Shown here one piece after another: positions 50,248 to 59,641 of a DNA stretch of 64,000 nt. Every line of letters begins with the position of its first letter. Within the stretch, counting starts at the first letter, position 1. This DNA comes from an uncultured Gemmatimonadales bacterium (GTDB lineage Bacteria; Gemmatimonadota; Gemmatimonadetes; Gemmatimonadales; Gemmatimonadaceae). The stretch is from contig CAVPQB010000004.1 of the NCBI GenBank assembly GCA_963707505.1, forward strand, positions 416,001 to 480,000, read 5' to 3'. The position numbers and the translations under genes were made by a program. The notes under the pieces are model-generated. The model searched no databases and was not told where the DNA came from. It saw only the letters and a program-made list of their open reading frames with translations.

Positions 50248-51273
50248 CTAGCGCACGACGTCGGTCCATATCCGTGGATCTTCGAGACCAAGTCTCCACA
50301 ACGCAAACTTGGTGATTCCGGTGCGGCGCGCGCCGCGAACGAGAGAATCGAGCAGCGTCGCATCACTCACCCACACGCTCCACCCGTCCGACTCGGCGTG
50401 GAGCGTGTTCGACGCAGGATCGCGCTGCAACGCAACGTGCGCGGCGCGCGCCAGCGCCTCGGCGTCCGCGAACGATACGATCGCTGTCGCACTATCCGAG
50501 CGCCACTGGTATCCGTAGGTCGGGAACGCGGCCACCACGCGCGAACTGCCGACGTCGCCGGCACGCATTCCAAGCGCCCGCATCGCCCAGTCCGGCGACG
50601 CGATCGGCCCTGGTGGTGATGTGAGCCAGTGCTGGTCGTACAACATCACCACCAGGAAATCCACGGCACTGAGCAGCGGCCGGCCGGGATACGCGGCGGT
50701 ATCGGTCGCGGGAATCGCCATTCCGGTCGGCGATACGCCGTGCGCGCGCGCGGAGTCTGCGAAGGCGTTGCTCACGCGAATCAGAACGTCGAGATCGTCG
50801 GGAGTGAGCCCTTCGAAGTCGAGAATCATCCCGCGATAGCCGGCGCTGCCAAGCAGGGTCGCCGTGCGTCCCGCCGCCTGTCCGAGCACGGTGGAATCGC
50901 TGCCGAGGGCGCGAATCGTTTCCGGATGAAACCGCGTGCCATGATATGACGTGACCAGCGCCATGCGCCGGCGGTTGCCGGGATTGTTGCGCACCGACGA
51001 GTCCGCGTACAGTGCGGTTGGCCGGAACGTTGCGCTGTCCAGGACTATGAAACCAGAGATGACCACGTCGAGCTGCGCATCGTGCGCCACCGTGCTGGCC
51101 TCGCTGCGCGCATCCCACGGCGCGACAAAGCCCCAGAATTCGGCGCCTGCCGCCGGGGGCCGGCCACGCGCGGATGCGCAGGCGGCGACGCTCGCTGCGA
51201 CGCTCGCGGCGGCGACGAGGCGTAACCCGCGCAGCAACTGGTTTTTGGCCCGTACCAGGAATCTGGTCGTCAC
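50248..51273 (-). CDS. Glycoside hydrolase family 18-like lipoprotein
   Basis: Lipobox-like VAAC, GMILDFE, VMLYDQHW, PGPIAS, YGYQW, ALWRLG. Start uncertain. Confidence 0.8.
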   Translation of the reverse strand: MTTRFLVRAKNQLLRGLRLVAAASVAASVAACASARGRPPAAGAEFWGFVAPWDARSEASTVAHDAQLDVVISGFIVLDSATFRPTALYADSSVRNNPGNRRRMALVTSYHGTRFHPETIRALGSDSTVLGQAAGRTATLLGSAGYRGMILDFEGLTPDDLDVLIRVSNAFADSARAHGVSPTGMAIPATDTAAYPGRPLLSAVDFLVVMLYDQHWLTSPPGPIASPDWAMRALGMRAGDVGSSRVVAAFPTYGYQWRSDSATAIVSFADAEALARAAHVALQRDPASNTLHAESDGWSVWVSDATLLDSLVRGARRTGITKFALWRLGLEDPRIWTDVVR

Positions 51274-51322
51274 CGTTGGTAAATTAGCAGACTCATCCTT
51301 GTTCGCACTCGAAGTCGGTCGC

Positions 51323-52123
51323 ATGCACGTTTCCAGACACCCAGTTCTCGTGTTGTTCCTGGCTCTTGTCGCCGCCTGTTCGGGTCGCGACAAGAGCTCC
51401 GCCCAGGCCGTCGGTGATACCGTGGGCGCGGCCCATCGCGCGGTAATCGTCGCGCGATCGCCGACTTCCTACAACGGTGGTGCGGTGGCCAGTAGCGGCA
51501 AGATCACCGGAGTGGTCACCTTCAACGGGACACCGCCGGGCGACACCGCGATCATCGTCCCGGCGGACCAGAATGGATGCGGCAAGCCGCTCACCGTCCA
51601 GCTTCTGGCGCGAAGCAGTGGCAAGGTCGCGAACGCAGTCGTCTGGGTTACCGATGTCCGGCAGGGAAAGGCCCTGCCGAGCCAGCGGCGCTTTCAGTTG
51701 ACGAATGACAACTGTGCGTGGGATCCACAGGTTCAGACAGTTGTCACGGGTGGCGCGCTCAATGTCGTGAACTACGATCCGCTCGCCGAGACTGTATTCG
51801 CGACGAATGTCGCGACCGGTGATACGGTCGCGCTCGCGCCGTTCACCGACGACGGTCAGGTAATCCCGTACGACAAGCTGCTGCGTACACCGGGCGTGGT
51901 CGAGTTTTCCGTGGAGAGCAGGCCGATGTCGCGTGCCTGGGTAGTGGTGCTGGATCAGCCGTATTTCGCGACCACCGATGCCGCAGGCGCATTCACCATC
52001 GATAGCGTTCCGCCGGGTGTGCACCACATCCGCGCATGGCACCCGATGCTCGGCATCGCGGACGGAACGGTTACCGTCACCGCGGATGGAACTGCAACGG
52101 TGAATCTGCAGTTCCATCCGTAA
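51323..52123 (+). CDS. Lipoprotein with cupredoxin-like / carboxypeptidase-regulatory-like domains
   Basis: Lipobox VAAC, GKITGVV, PYFATTDAAGAFTIDSVPPG..AWHP. Confidence 0.75.
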   Translation: MHVSRHPVLVLFLALVAACSGRDKSSAQAVGDTVGAAHRAVIVARSPTSYNGGAVASSGKITGVVTFNGTPPGDTAIIVPADQNGCGKPLTVQLLARSSGKVANAVVWVTDVRQGKALPSQRRFQLTNDNCAWDPQVQTVVTGGALNVVNYDPLAETVFATNVATGDTVALAPFTDDGQVIPYDKLLRTPGVVEFSVESRPMSRAWVVVLDQPYFATTDAAGAFTIDSVPPGVHHIRAWHPMLGIADGTVTVTADGTATVNLQFHP

Positions 52124-52132
52124 CGGTCAGAA

Positions 52133-54133
52133 CTATTTCAGGTATTGGTTGAACCAGGCGACGGATCGGTCGAGCATGTCGCGTTGATGCACCGGATTGG
52201 CGAAGTGATGCCCCTCGTCGGGGTACACGACGAGCTGCGTCTTCACGCCGACGTGCTGCAGTCCGCGCCAGAACTCGAACGATTGCGGTGCCGGGCATTC
52301 GGCGTCGCGCTCGCCGACGACGATCAGCGTCGGAGTCTTCGCGTGCGTGATGAAATTGATCGGCGAGCTCCTTGCGTAAACGGCCGGATCTTCGTACGCG
52401 GTGGCGCCGAAGAACGGAACCATCCATTCGCTGATCTGATTCTCGCCGGTGTAGCTGAGCCAGTTCGAAATACCGGCTCCGGCGACGGCTGCCTTGAAGC
52501 GAGTAGTCTGCGTGACGGTCCACATCGTCATGAAGCCACCGTAGCTCCATCCGGTAACGCCAAGTCGGTTGGCATCGACGGGATAACGCGCGATCACCGT
52601 GTCGACGCCGGCCATTACGTCACGCAGGTCGCCGTAGCCGAAATCCTTGACGTTGGCCCTCGTGAACGCTTCGCCCTGACCGTAGCTGCCGCGTGGATTT
52701 GGCATGAACACGAAATAGCCCGCGCGCGACAGCACCGCCTGCTGGCGGATCCAGCGCATGAACGTCGACGCCAACGCCGACGACGGGTCCGCCGTGGACG
52801 TACACGATCATCGGGTAGTGCTTGCTCGCTCGAAAGTCGTCGGGGTAGAGCAGGAGTCCCTGGACGTTGAACTTGTCGCTGTGCCAGTGGACGCTCACGG
52901 ACTTGCCCCAGGACGGCGTGACGCCGGCGTTGACGTGCGTGATCTGCGACCAATGGCCGATCGGACCGACCCAGATCTCCGGCGGGGTGCTGAACGATTC
53001 GCGCACCAGCGCGACCGTGTGTCCGTTGGACGGGGCGGACATGACTGGAAGACCTCGGCCGGAGCGGCGGCGATTGTTTCATCGGCCGTCCAGAACGAAG
53101 TCACGGCACCCGTGCGTGCGTTGACGCTGGCGATCTCGGAGCCGCCGTGGGACCACATGGTGGCGAGGATCGACTCCGCGACTCTGCCACCTGAAGGCGC
53201 CAGCCGAGACGGTGATGTTGGGAGTGAGGTCGTGCGGCACACCGCCGGCGGCGGGGACTGTGTAGAGGTCGCCGCCGGTGGAGCCTTGGTCGCTCATCAG
53301 GCCGCCGATGAACGCGATGTGCGATCCGTCGGGCGACCAGATCGGCTGCGCGATCTGCACGTTGGGTTTCGCGATTTCTCGGTGGGCGCCGGTCGTCGCG
53401 TCGATTCCATCGAGACGCGCCACCCACCAGTTGTTGTTGCCCGATCCGTTGGCCACGCTCACGACGAATTCTTTCCCGTTCGGCGACCAGTCGAACTCGT
53501 ACACGTAGAGGTCGGCTTCGAAATGACTTTGAGTTCGCCGGTCGCGACGTCGACGATGGCCAGGTGCTGTCGGTCGATGTGCGTGTCCATCGCGCCGGTG
53601 TCGCGTGGCGTCGCCTGCGTCGGGCCGTTCGCTTCTTCGGACGGTGACGAATACAGTACGGCGATGCGCGACGCATCCGGTGAGAAACGCGCATCATGCA
53701 CCGACCCCGTCACCGTGGCGACTCGACGCGCCGAGCCACCCGTGGCGCCAACAATGTAGAGCGCCGGAGTCCCATTGCCCGTCGTAGCTCGTACCAGGAG
53801 CTGCCTGCTATCAGGCGACCATGCGAGCTCGGACATGCTCCCGCGATCCGCGCTCGGTAGCGCGACGGCTTCCGGTGCATCCCTGCCGCCGTTGGCTGCG
53901 AGCTCGACCGCTACGGTCTCGCCCCGGCGCGAGTCCGGTCCGATCCAGGCCAGGTGCTGGCCGTCCGGCGCGATCGCCACGCTCGTGAACTGCCGGAGGT
54001 GCGGCGCTGCTGCGCTATTCTGCGCTCGTGCGGAAGTGGTTGCAGCGAGTGCGCAGATAAGTGCGACGCGTACCGCTACGCGAGTGAATTGCGCATTTGA
54101 TGACGAGCTCTGTCGAAACAACGAAACCTCCAT
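52133..54133 (-). pseudogene. S9 family (acylaminoacyl/dipeptidyl) peptidase split by about four frameshifts; pseudogene or assembly error
   Basis: Propeller repeats (WSPD, WSPN) in several frames, YPMIVYVHGGP, PNPRGSYGQG, GWSYGG, GERD, DEGH. Confidence 0.7.
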
Positions 54134-54192
54134 GAGTGGACACAACTACGATTCGATCGTGCGGTAGTGACTGTCAACTCACGTCGCGATCG

Positions 54193-56028
54193 CTACATGC
54201 TCTCCAGCGCTACACGGTCGCCTGCGCGGAACTGACCGCGGTAGAGCTTCGCGTACGTCCCTTCCGCGTCGAGGAGGTCCGCATGGCTACCGGTCTCGAC
54301 GACGTGTCCATGCTCCAGCACAACGACGCGATCGGCGCGAAGCACTGTCGATAGTCTGTGGGCGATGATCAGCGTTGATCTCCCGCGCAGCAACTCCTCC
54401 ATCGCCGCCTCGACCAGGCGCTCGCTCTCGGAGTCGAGGCTCGACGTCGCCTCGTCCAGAATGACGAGTGCCGGATCCTTGAGGAATACGCGAGCGATTG
54501 CGAGACGTTGCCTCTGCCCACCTGACAACTTCACTCCGCGCTCGCCAACCGCGGTGTCATAACCTTGCGGCAGCCGGACGATGAACTCGTGCGCGTTGGC
54601 CGCGCGCGCGGCCGATTCGATCGCAGAATCCGGCACCGCGACGGAATCTCCTGCGAGAGCGTACGCGATGTTGTCTCGCACAGTTCCGCTGAACAACGTC
54701 GGTTCCTGCGGAACGACGCCGATCGATTCACGAAGATCGCGGAGCGCGAGGTCGCGAATGTCCATTCCGTCGAACATTATGCGTCCACCGGTGACGTCCC
54801 AGAATCGCGGCAGGAGCGACGCAACCGTCGTCTTTCCCGCGCCGCTTGGGCCCACCAGCGCCACGATTTCGCCGGGGCCTATATGCAGCGACACGTCGTG
54901 CAGCGCTTCCGGTAGCTCCGGTTGATACTTGAAGTGAACGTGCTCGAGAGCGACGTCGCCTCGTCGCGGCCGCGGCAAGGCGACCGGCGCGACCGGGTCG
55001 ATCACAGTCGGCCTCATGTCCATCAGCTCGAAGATGCGATGCGCGGCACCAGCCGCTTCCTGATACGCGCCGAACAATGAAGCCAGCGACGCCACTGCTC
55101 CCGCGACATACATCGCGTAAAGCAGGAACGACACGAGCGCGCCAGCGGTGAGCTGACCCGCGAGCACGAGTCGTCCGCCTTCCCAGAGTACGACTACGAC
55201 TCCGCTGAATCCGAAGAACGTGAGCGCGCCGAAGAACACGCCGCGAATCTTTGCGCGATCCACCGCCGCCCGCACCACGTCGAGCAGATGCTTGTCGTAC
55301 TTGCGAGTCTCCTCGCTCTCGGCGGTGAAGCTCTGCACCATCCGTATCTGCGAGAACGCTTCGTCGGCAGTGCCGGTTGCTTCGGCGATCCTGTCCTGCA
55401 CCCCGGTACTCGCACGGCGCAACATTCGTCCGAATACGAAAGCCGCACCGACGACCAGAGGCACGACCGCGAGCGTGGTTCCGGTAAGAGCGGGTTGCTT
55501 GATGGTGAGCATCACCAGCGCGCCGAGCAGGAAGATCGACTGTCGCGTGAACTCGGATAGATTCGTGCTCAGAACTGTCTGCAGTACACTCGTGTCGGAT
55601 GACAGCCGGCTCGTAAGCTCGCCCGTGCGCCGGTCGGTGAAGAATCCCGGTGACAGATGCACCATGTGCGCGAACAGATCCGTGCGCAGCTTCGCTATCA
55701 CGCGCTCGGCGGTCGACGTCAGCAGGTAAACCTGGACCATGTTGAGCGATGCCTGCACCGCGAACAGCAGCAGGAGGCCAGCTGCTATCTCGTTGAGAAA
55801 CGTTGCGTTCCCGTGCTGGAACGCAGTGTCGAGCAGCACGGCGACGATCGCGGGAAACGCGAGGCCGGCTGCGCTCGCCGCCAGCAGACACACAAGTGCG
55901 ACAGCGAGTTGGCCGATATACGGCTTTACGCGCGGGAACAGCCGCGCCAGTGCGGTGGGCGATATCGGCTTACGGTCCTTCTTCGCACCGCCTTTCGGTT
56001 CGGCGGTCTGAACCGCGGTTGCAGCCAC
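54193..56028 (-). CDS. ABC exporter, fused permease-ATPase (MsbA/ABCB-like)
   Basis: TMD with RTGELTSRL; GPSGAGKTT, LSGGQRQR, LDEATSSLD. GTG start overlaps the cyoE stop. Confidence 0.92.
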   Translation of the reverse strand: MAATAVQTAEPKGGAKKDRKPISPTALARLFPRVKPYIGQLAVALVCLLAASAAGLAFPAIVAVLLDTAFQHGNATFLNEIAAGLLLLFAVQASLNMVQVYLLTSTAERVIAKLRTDLFAHMVHLSPGFFTDRRTGELTSRLSSDTSVLQTVLSTNLSEFTRQSIFLLGALVMLTIKQPALTGTTLAVVPLVVGAAFVFGRMLRRASTGVQDRIAEATGTADEAFSQIRMVQSFTAESEETRKYDKHLLDVVRAAVDRAKIRGVFFGALTFFGFSGVVVVLWEGGRLVLAGQLTAGALVSFLLYAMYVAGAVASLASLFGAYQEAAGAAHRIFELMDMRPTVIDPVAPVALPRPRRGDVALEHVHFKYQPELPEALHDVSLHIGPGEIVALVGPSGAGKTTVASLLPRFWDVTGGRIMFDGMDIRDLALRDLRESIGVVPQEPTLFSGTVRDNIAYALAGDSVAVPDSAIESAARAANAHEFIVRLPQGYDTAVGERGVKLSGGQRQRLAIARVFLKDPALVILDEATSSLDSESERLVEAAMEELLRGRSTLIIAHRLSTVLRADRVVVLEHGHVVETGSHADLLDAEGTYAKLYRGQFRAGDRVALESM

Positions 56029-56957
56029 TATCTGAATACGTGCAGGTCCACAACCATCGCGACGTACAGCAGCGCGAGGTACAGAAGCGAATACATGAAC
56101 ACGAACCGCTCGGTTGCTGTTGAATCGTCGCGTCCCTTGCCCCAGCGGATCTTGACGATTCCGTACGCCAGCGGCGCAGCGACCACCAGCGCCGAGACGA
56201 GGTAGAACAACCCGAATGCGCCTGTGCAGAACGGAAGCACCGATAATGCGACCATGATGCCCAGATACCACAGCATCTGATCCTTGGTATGCTTCTCCCC
56301 CCAGATCAGCGGCGCCATCGGAACTCCAGCAGCGCCGTAATCGCGCTTCTTGAGTAACGCCAGCGCCCAGAAGTGTGGCGGCGTCCAGTAGAACACGATC
56401 AGGAACAACGTCCACGCCGTGAGATCCAGCGTGCCCGTCACCGCGGCGTAGCCGACCAGCGGCGGGATTGCTCCAGCCGCGCCGCCGATCACGATGTTCT
56501 GTGGCGTTCTCCGCTTGAGCCAGTGCGTGTAGAGAAACACGTAGCCATAAAATCCGAGCAACGCGAGCGCAGCGGTGAGCACATTTGCGTATCGCGCCAG
56601 CAGGAACGTCGCCGCCGTCGCGAGCAGAATCCCGAACGCGAGTACGGCGCGCGGTGCCATCCGCCCGCTCGGGATCGGCCGCAGCTTGGTGCGCGGCATG
56701 TGCGCGTCGATGTCACGGTCCAGATACATGTTCACCGCGTGCGCTCCGCCAGCCATCAGATAGCCGCCCACCAATACCGTGAGCACGAGCCACCCGCTTG
56801 GCGTCCCCGCGACATACATCGCGGCGACGGTCGTAACGAGAAGCAGCGAAATGATCCGCGGCTTGGTGAGCGCGATGAGATCCGACGCGAGCGAATGTTC
56901 GCGCTCGTTTGTCACGGAGACCGCTCCGTCGGCATTCATGCCATGACCCGTGGTCAC
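56028..56957 (-). CDS. ctaB: Protoheme IX farnesyltransferase (heme o synthase)
   Basis: LTKPRI, NMYLDRDID..M.RT..RP, LKRRTPQNIVIGGAAGA, WTPPHFWAL. Confidence 0.95.
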   Translation of the reverse strand: MTTGHGMNADGAVSVTNEREHSLASDLIALTKPRIISLLLVTTVAAMYVAGTPSGWLVLTVLVGGYLMAGGAHAVNMYLDRDIDAHMPRTKLRPIPSGRMAPRAVLAFGILLATAATFLLARYANVLTAALALLGFYGYVFLYTHWLKRRTPQNIVIGGAAGAIPPLVGYAAVTGTLDLTAWTLFLIVFYWTPPHFWALALLKKRDYGAAGVPMAPLIWGEKHTKDQMLWYLGIMVALSVLPFCTGAFGLFYLVSALVVAAPLAYGIVKIRWGKGRDDSTATERFVFMYSLLYLALLYVAMVVDLHVFR

Positions 56958-57973
56958 GCCGCTGCCGCCGCGCCACGAAGTGGCGCTTCCTCGTCACTGC
57001 GTTCGGCGAGCGAATATTTCGCCAGCGCTGCAAGGGTGAAGATCGATAGCCACACCAGCGTACCCACCGCCTGGTGCAGCGAGCGCCACACTGGCGGAAG
57101 GTGCATCTCCACCATTCCTGCGGCAACAACTATTTGTAGCACTATGGCGCCGAGCGCCGCCCATGCTGCAACGCGCACCTGACCTGGCTCACGTCGACGC
57201 TGTGCCGATAGTGCCACTCCGATCATGTGGAAGAACAACAGGAACGCGAGCACTCGATGCGTCACCTGGATGTACAACGGTGTTCCTGTCACCGCGATCC
57301 TGGTGCACCATGGGAATCCCTGGCACGAAGCGTTGGCGCCGAGCACGTTCGCGGTGAGCGCGCCCATTACCAGTACGATGAACGCAAGGATCACTGCCGC
57401 TCGCGCCGCGCGATACGTTCGCGGCGACGCAACTTCGGTCCCGTCGAACCCCCAACCGCCCGCGCGAAGCGCAGCGATGGAGAGTACCGCCAGGAGCGTC
57501 ATCGCGATCGCGAGGTGCGTGACGATTACATAAGGATTGAGCGAAAGCTTGACTGTTATTCCGCCGAATACCGCGGCGGTGACGACAAGCCCGGTCGCAA
57601 GCATCGCCGATCGCAACACACCCCCCCGACCGCCCACGCCCCGTTGCGCGCGGCGCTTGTACGCGGTGATGAGAAGTGCAATGATCGCGATCGTGACCGT
57701 CGCCGCTATGTAGCGATGCGTCACCTCGACGATCAGATCCGGGCGCTCGAGCGGTGGAAACAGGTACCCCTGACACGTGGGCCAGTGATCGCCGCACCCC
57801 ATGCCCGATCCCGTAATGCGCACGATGGCGCCAAAGACGATCTGGGCGAACGCCAGGCCCGTTGCCACATATGCCAGCCGCCGCAGCAGGGGCAGGCCAC
57901 CGTGTGTTGGGGCAGGCTCCACTGCCTGCGCCAAAGTCCGACGAGACTCGGACCCGCTCACAACGCTCTCCAT
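56954..57973 (-). CDS. ctaA: Heme A synthase (CtaA/COX15)
   Basis: GAIVRITGSGMGCGDHWPTC, EVTHR and further conserved His residues (VTHL, VTHR, SLHQ). Confidence 0.92.
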   Translation of the reverse strand: MESVVSGSESRRTLAQAVEPAPTHGGLPLLRRLAYVATGLAFAQIVFGAIVRITGSGMGCGDHWPTCQGYLFPPLERPDLIVEVTHRYIAATVTIAIIALLITAYKRRAQRGVGGRGGVLRSAMLATGLVVTAAVFGGITVKLSLNPYVIVTHLAIAMTLLAVLSIAALRAGGWGFDGTEVASPRTYRAARAAVILAFIVLVMGALTANVLGANASCQGFPWCTRIAVTGTPLYIQVTHRVLAFLLFFHMIGVALSAQRRREPGQVRVAAWAALGAIVLQIVVAAGMVEMHLPPVWRSLHQAVGTLVWLSIFTLAALAKYSLAERSDEEAPLRGAAAAA

Positions 57974-58167
57974 GCGACCCAGAAAACCACAGCCAGCACC
58001 ATCGCCGGCAACACGCCCCAGATCATCTCGACGACCCGAGGCGATCGCGGCATGTTGTCAGCCGGTACCATGTCCGTTGGCGGAAAAAACGCCGACCGCA
58101 GAATCAGCAGCTCGGCGACGACGGTAATGACGAGGCAGGCCCAGAACAGGGCTCGATGTAGCTCCAT
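57958..58167 (-). CDS. Small two-TM protein resembling the cytochrome c oxidase subunit II transmembrane domain
   Basis: 69 aa from ATG 58167; second helix VVEMIWGVLPAMVL resembles the COX2 ExxWTxxP motif. Confidence 0.6.
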   Translation of the reverse strand: MELHRALFWACLVITVVAELLILRSAFFPPTDMVPADNMPRSPRVVEMIWGVLPAMVLAVVFWVAWRAL

Positions 58168-58219
58168 TTCAGAGTCTAAAGCTACTCGCCATCCCACGTT
58201 CGTTGCAGTACCGTTGTTG

Positions 58220-59555
58220 ATGCCTTCCGCACTGCCGCGCCGAATCGGCCTCTGGAGCGCCGTCGCAGTTCTCGTCGGATCCACCGTTGGGTCCGGAATC
58301 TTTCGCTCGCCCGCGGGCATTGCCGATCGGCTTCCCGGGCCGCTCCCCATGCTGGCGCTCTGGGTGTTTGGTGGCCTCGTCGCGCTCTGCGGTGCGCTCA
58401 CACTCGCCGAAATCGCGAGCGCCTATCCGGAAACCGGCGGCGTTTACGTCTATATCAGGGAAGGGTGGGGACGCGTTCCCGCCTTCCTCTTTGGATGGGC
58501 CGAGCTCGTAATCATTCGCGCCGCCGCCCTCGGTGCCATCTCGACCACGTTTGCGGAATACATGTTCCGCTCCACCGGCCACGACCCGCTCACTGCGCCG
58601 TACAATCAGTGGGTCCACTACGTCGCCGCGATATCGATCGGCCTGATGGGCATTCTCAACTACGTGGGCGTGAAATGGGGCACGCTCGTCCAGAATACGC
58701 TCACCGTTCTCAAGTGCGCCGGTTTGCTCGGCATCGAGATCGTCGCGCTTGCAGCACTGCCACATACGGGCGGTCATTTCACCCCCGTCGCGCCCAGCGG
58801 AAGCTTCGGCTTCGTGCCCTTCGCGCTCGCTCTCACGTCGGTGCTTTGGGTGTACGACGGCTGGGCCGATGTCAGCTTCGTAGGCGGTGAGGTCAAGGAC
58901 CCGGAGCGCAATCTTCCCAAGGTTCTGATCTACGGAACGCTTGCGGTTATCGCCCTCTACCTGCTCGCCAACATCGCATACCTGTCGGTCCTCTCGATCG
59001 ACGAAATGCGTCACTCCAAGCTGGTCGCGGCCGACGTCGCCCAACGCCTCCTCGGCGAGCCGGGTGTCGCCGCCGTCGGCATCGTTGTAATGCTCTCCGC
59101 GCTCGGCACCCTTGCCAGCTCGATGCTCACCGGTCCGCGCATCCTCTTCGCGATGGCTACTGACGGTCTGCTCTTCCGCCGTCTCGGCAGAGTGCAGCCC
59201 CGGTTCCAGACTCCCGGCGCCGCGATATTACTGGCCACGGCACTTGGTGTCATATTTGTGATGCTGCGAACCTTCGAACAACTGGCGGACACATTTGTGA
59301 CGGCGATTATCCCGTTCTACGCGCTCGGGGTGGCAGCGATCTTTCCGCTCCGGAAGAGGAAGGCCGGCTACAAGCCCGCGGTGCGCGCGCGCGTGGTTTC
59401 CCGTGGCGCCGGTCGTGTTCGTTCTTGCGATCCTCTACCTGCTGGGCAGCGCGCTCGCCGATCCGGTAGCCCGAATACCTACTCTGGCGATCTTCGCCGT
59501 GATCTTCTCTGGTCTGATCTTTTACCCGTTTATCAACCGAACGGCCGTTCAGTAA
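58220..59555 (+). CDS. APC family amino acid permease, frameshifted near 59390
   Basis: VGSGIF, AEIASAYPETGGVYVY, YDGW, GEVKDPERNLP. The last TMs continue in another frame to a stop at 59555. Confidence 0.88.
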
Positions 59556-59641
59556 AAGAGTTGCAAGGACGTTGCAAATTCCCCCTGCCCCAAATGTGCG
59601 GGCGACCGTAAAATATATGCTTCCTTAATCCGAGAGGTTGC

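Noticed and set aside
57227..58219. N-terminal extension making a 794-aa permease
   Set aside because: Overlaps ctaA on the opposite strand; permease homology starts at ATG 58220.
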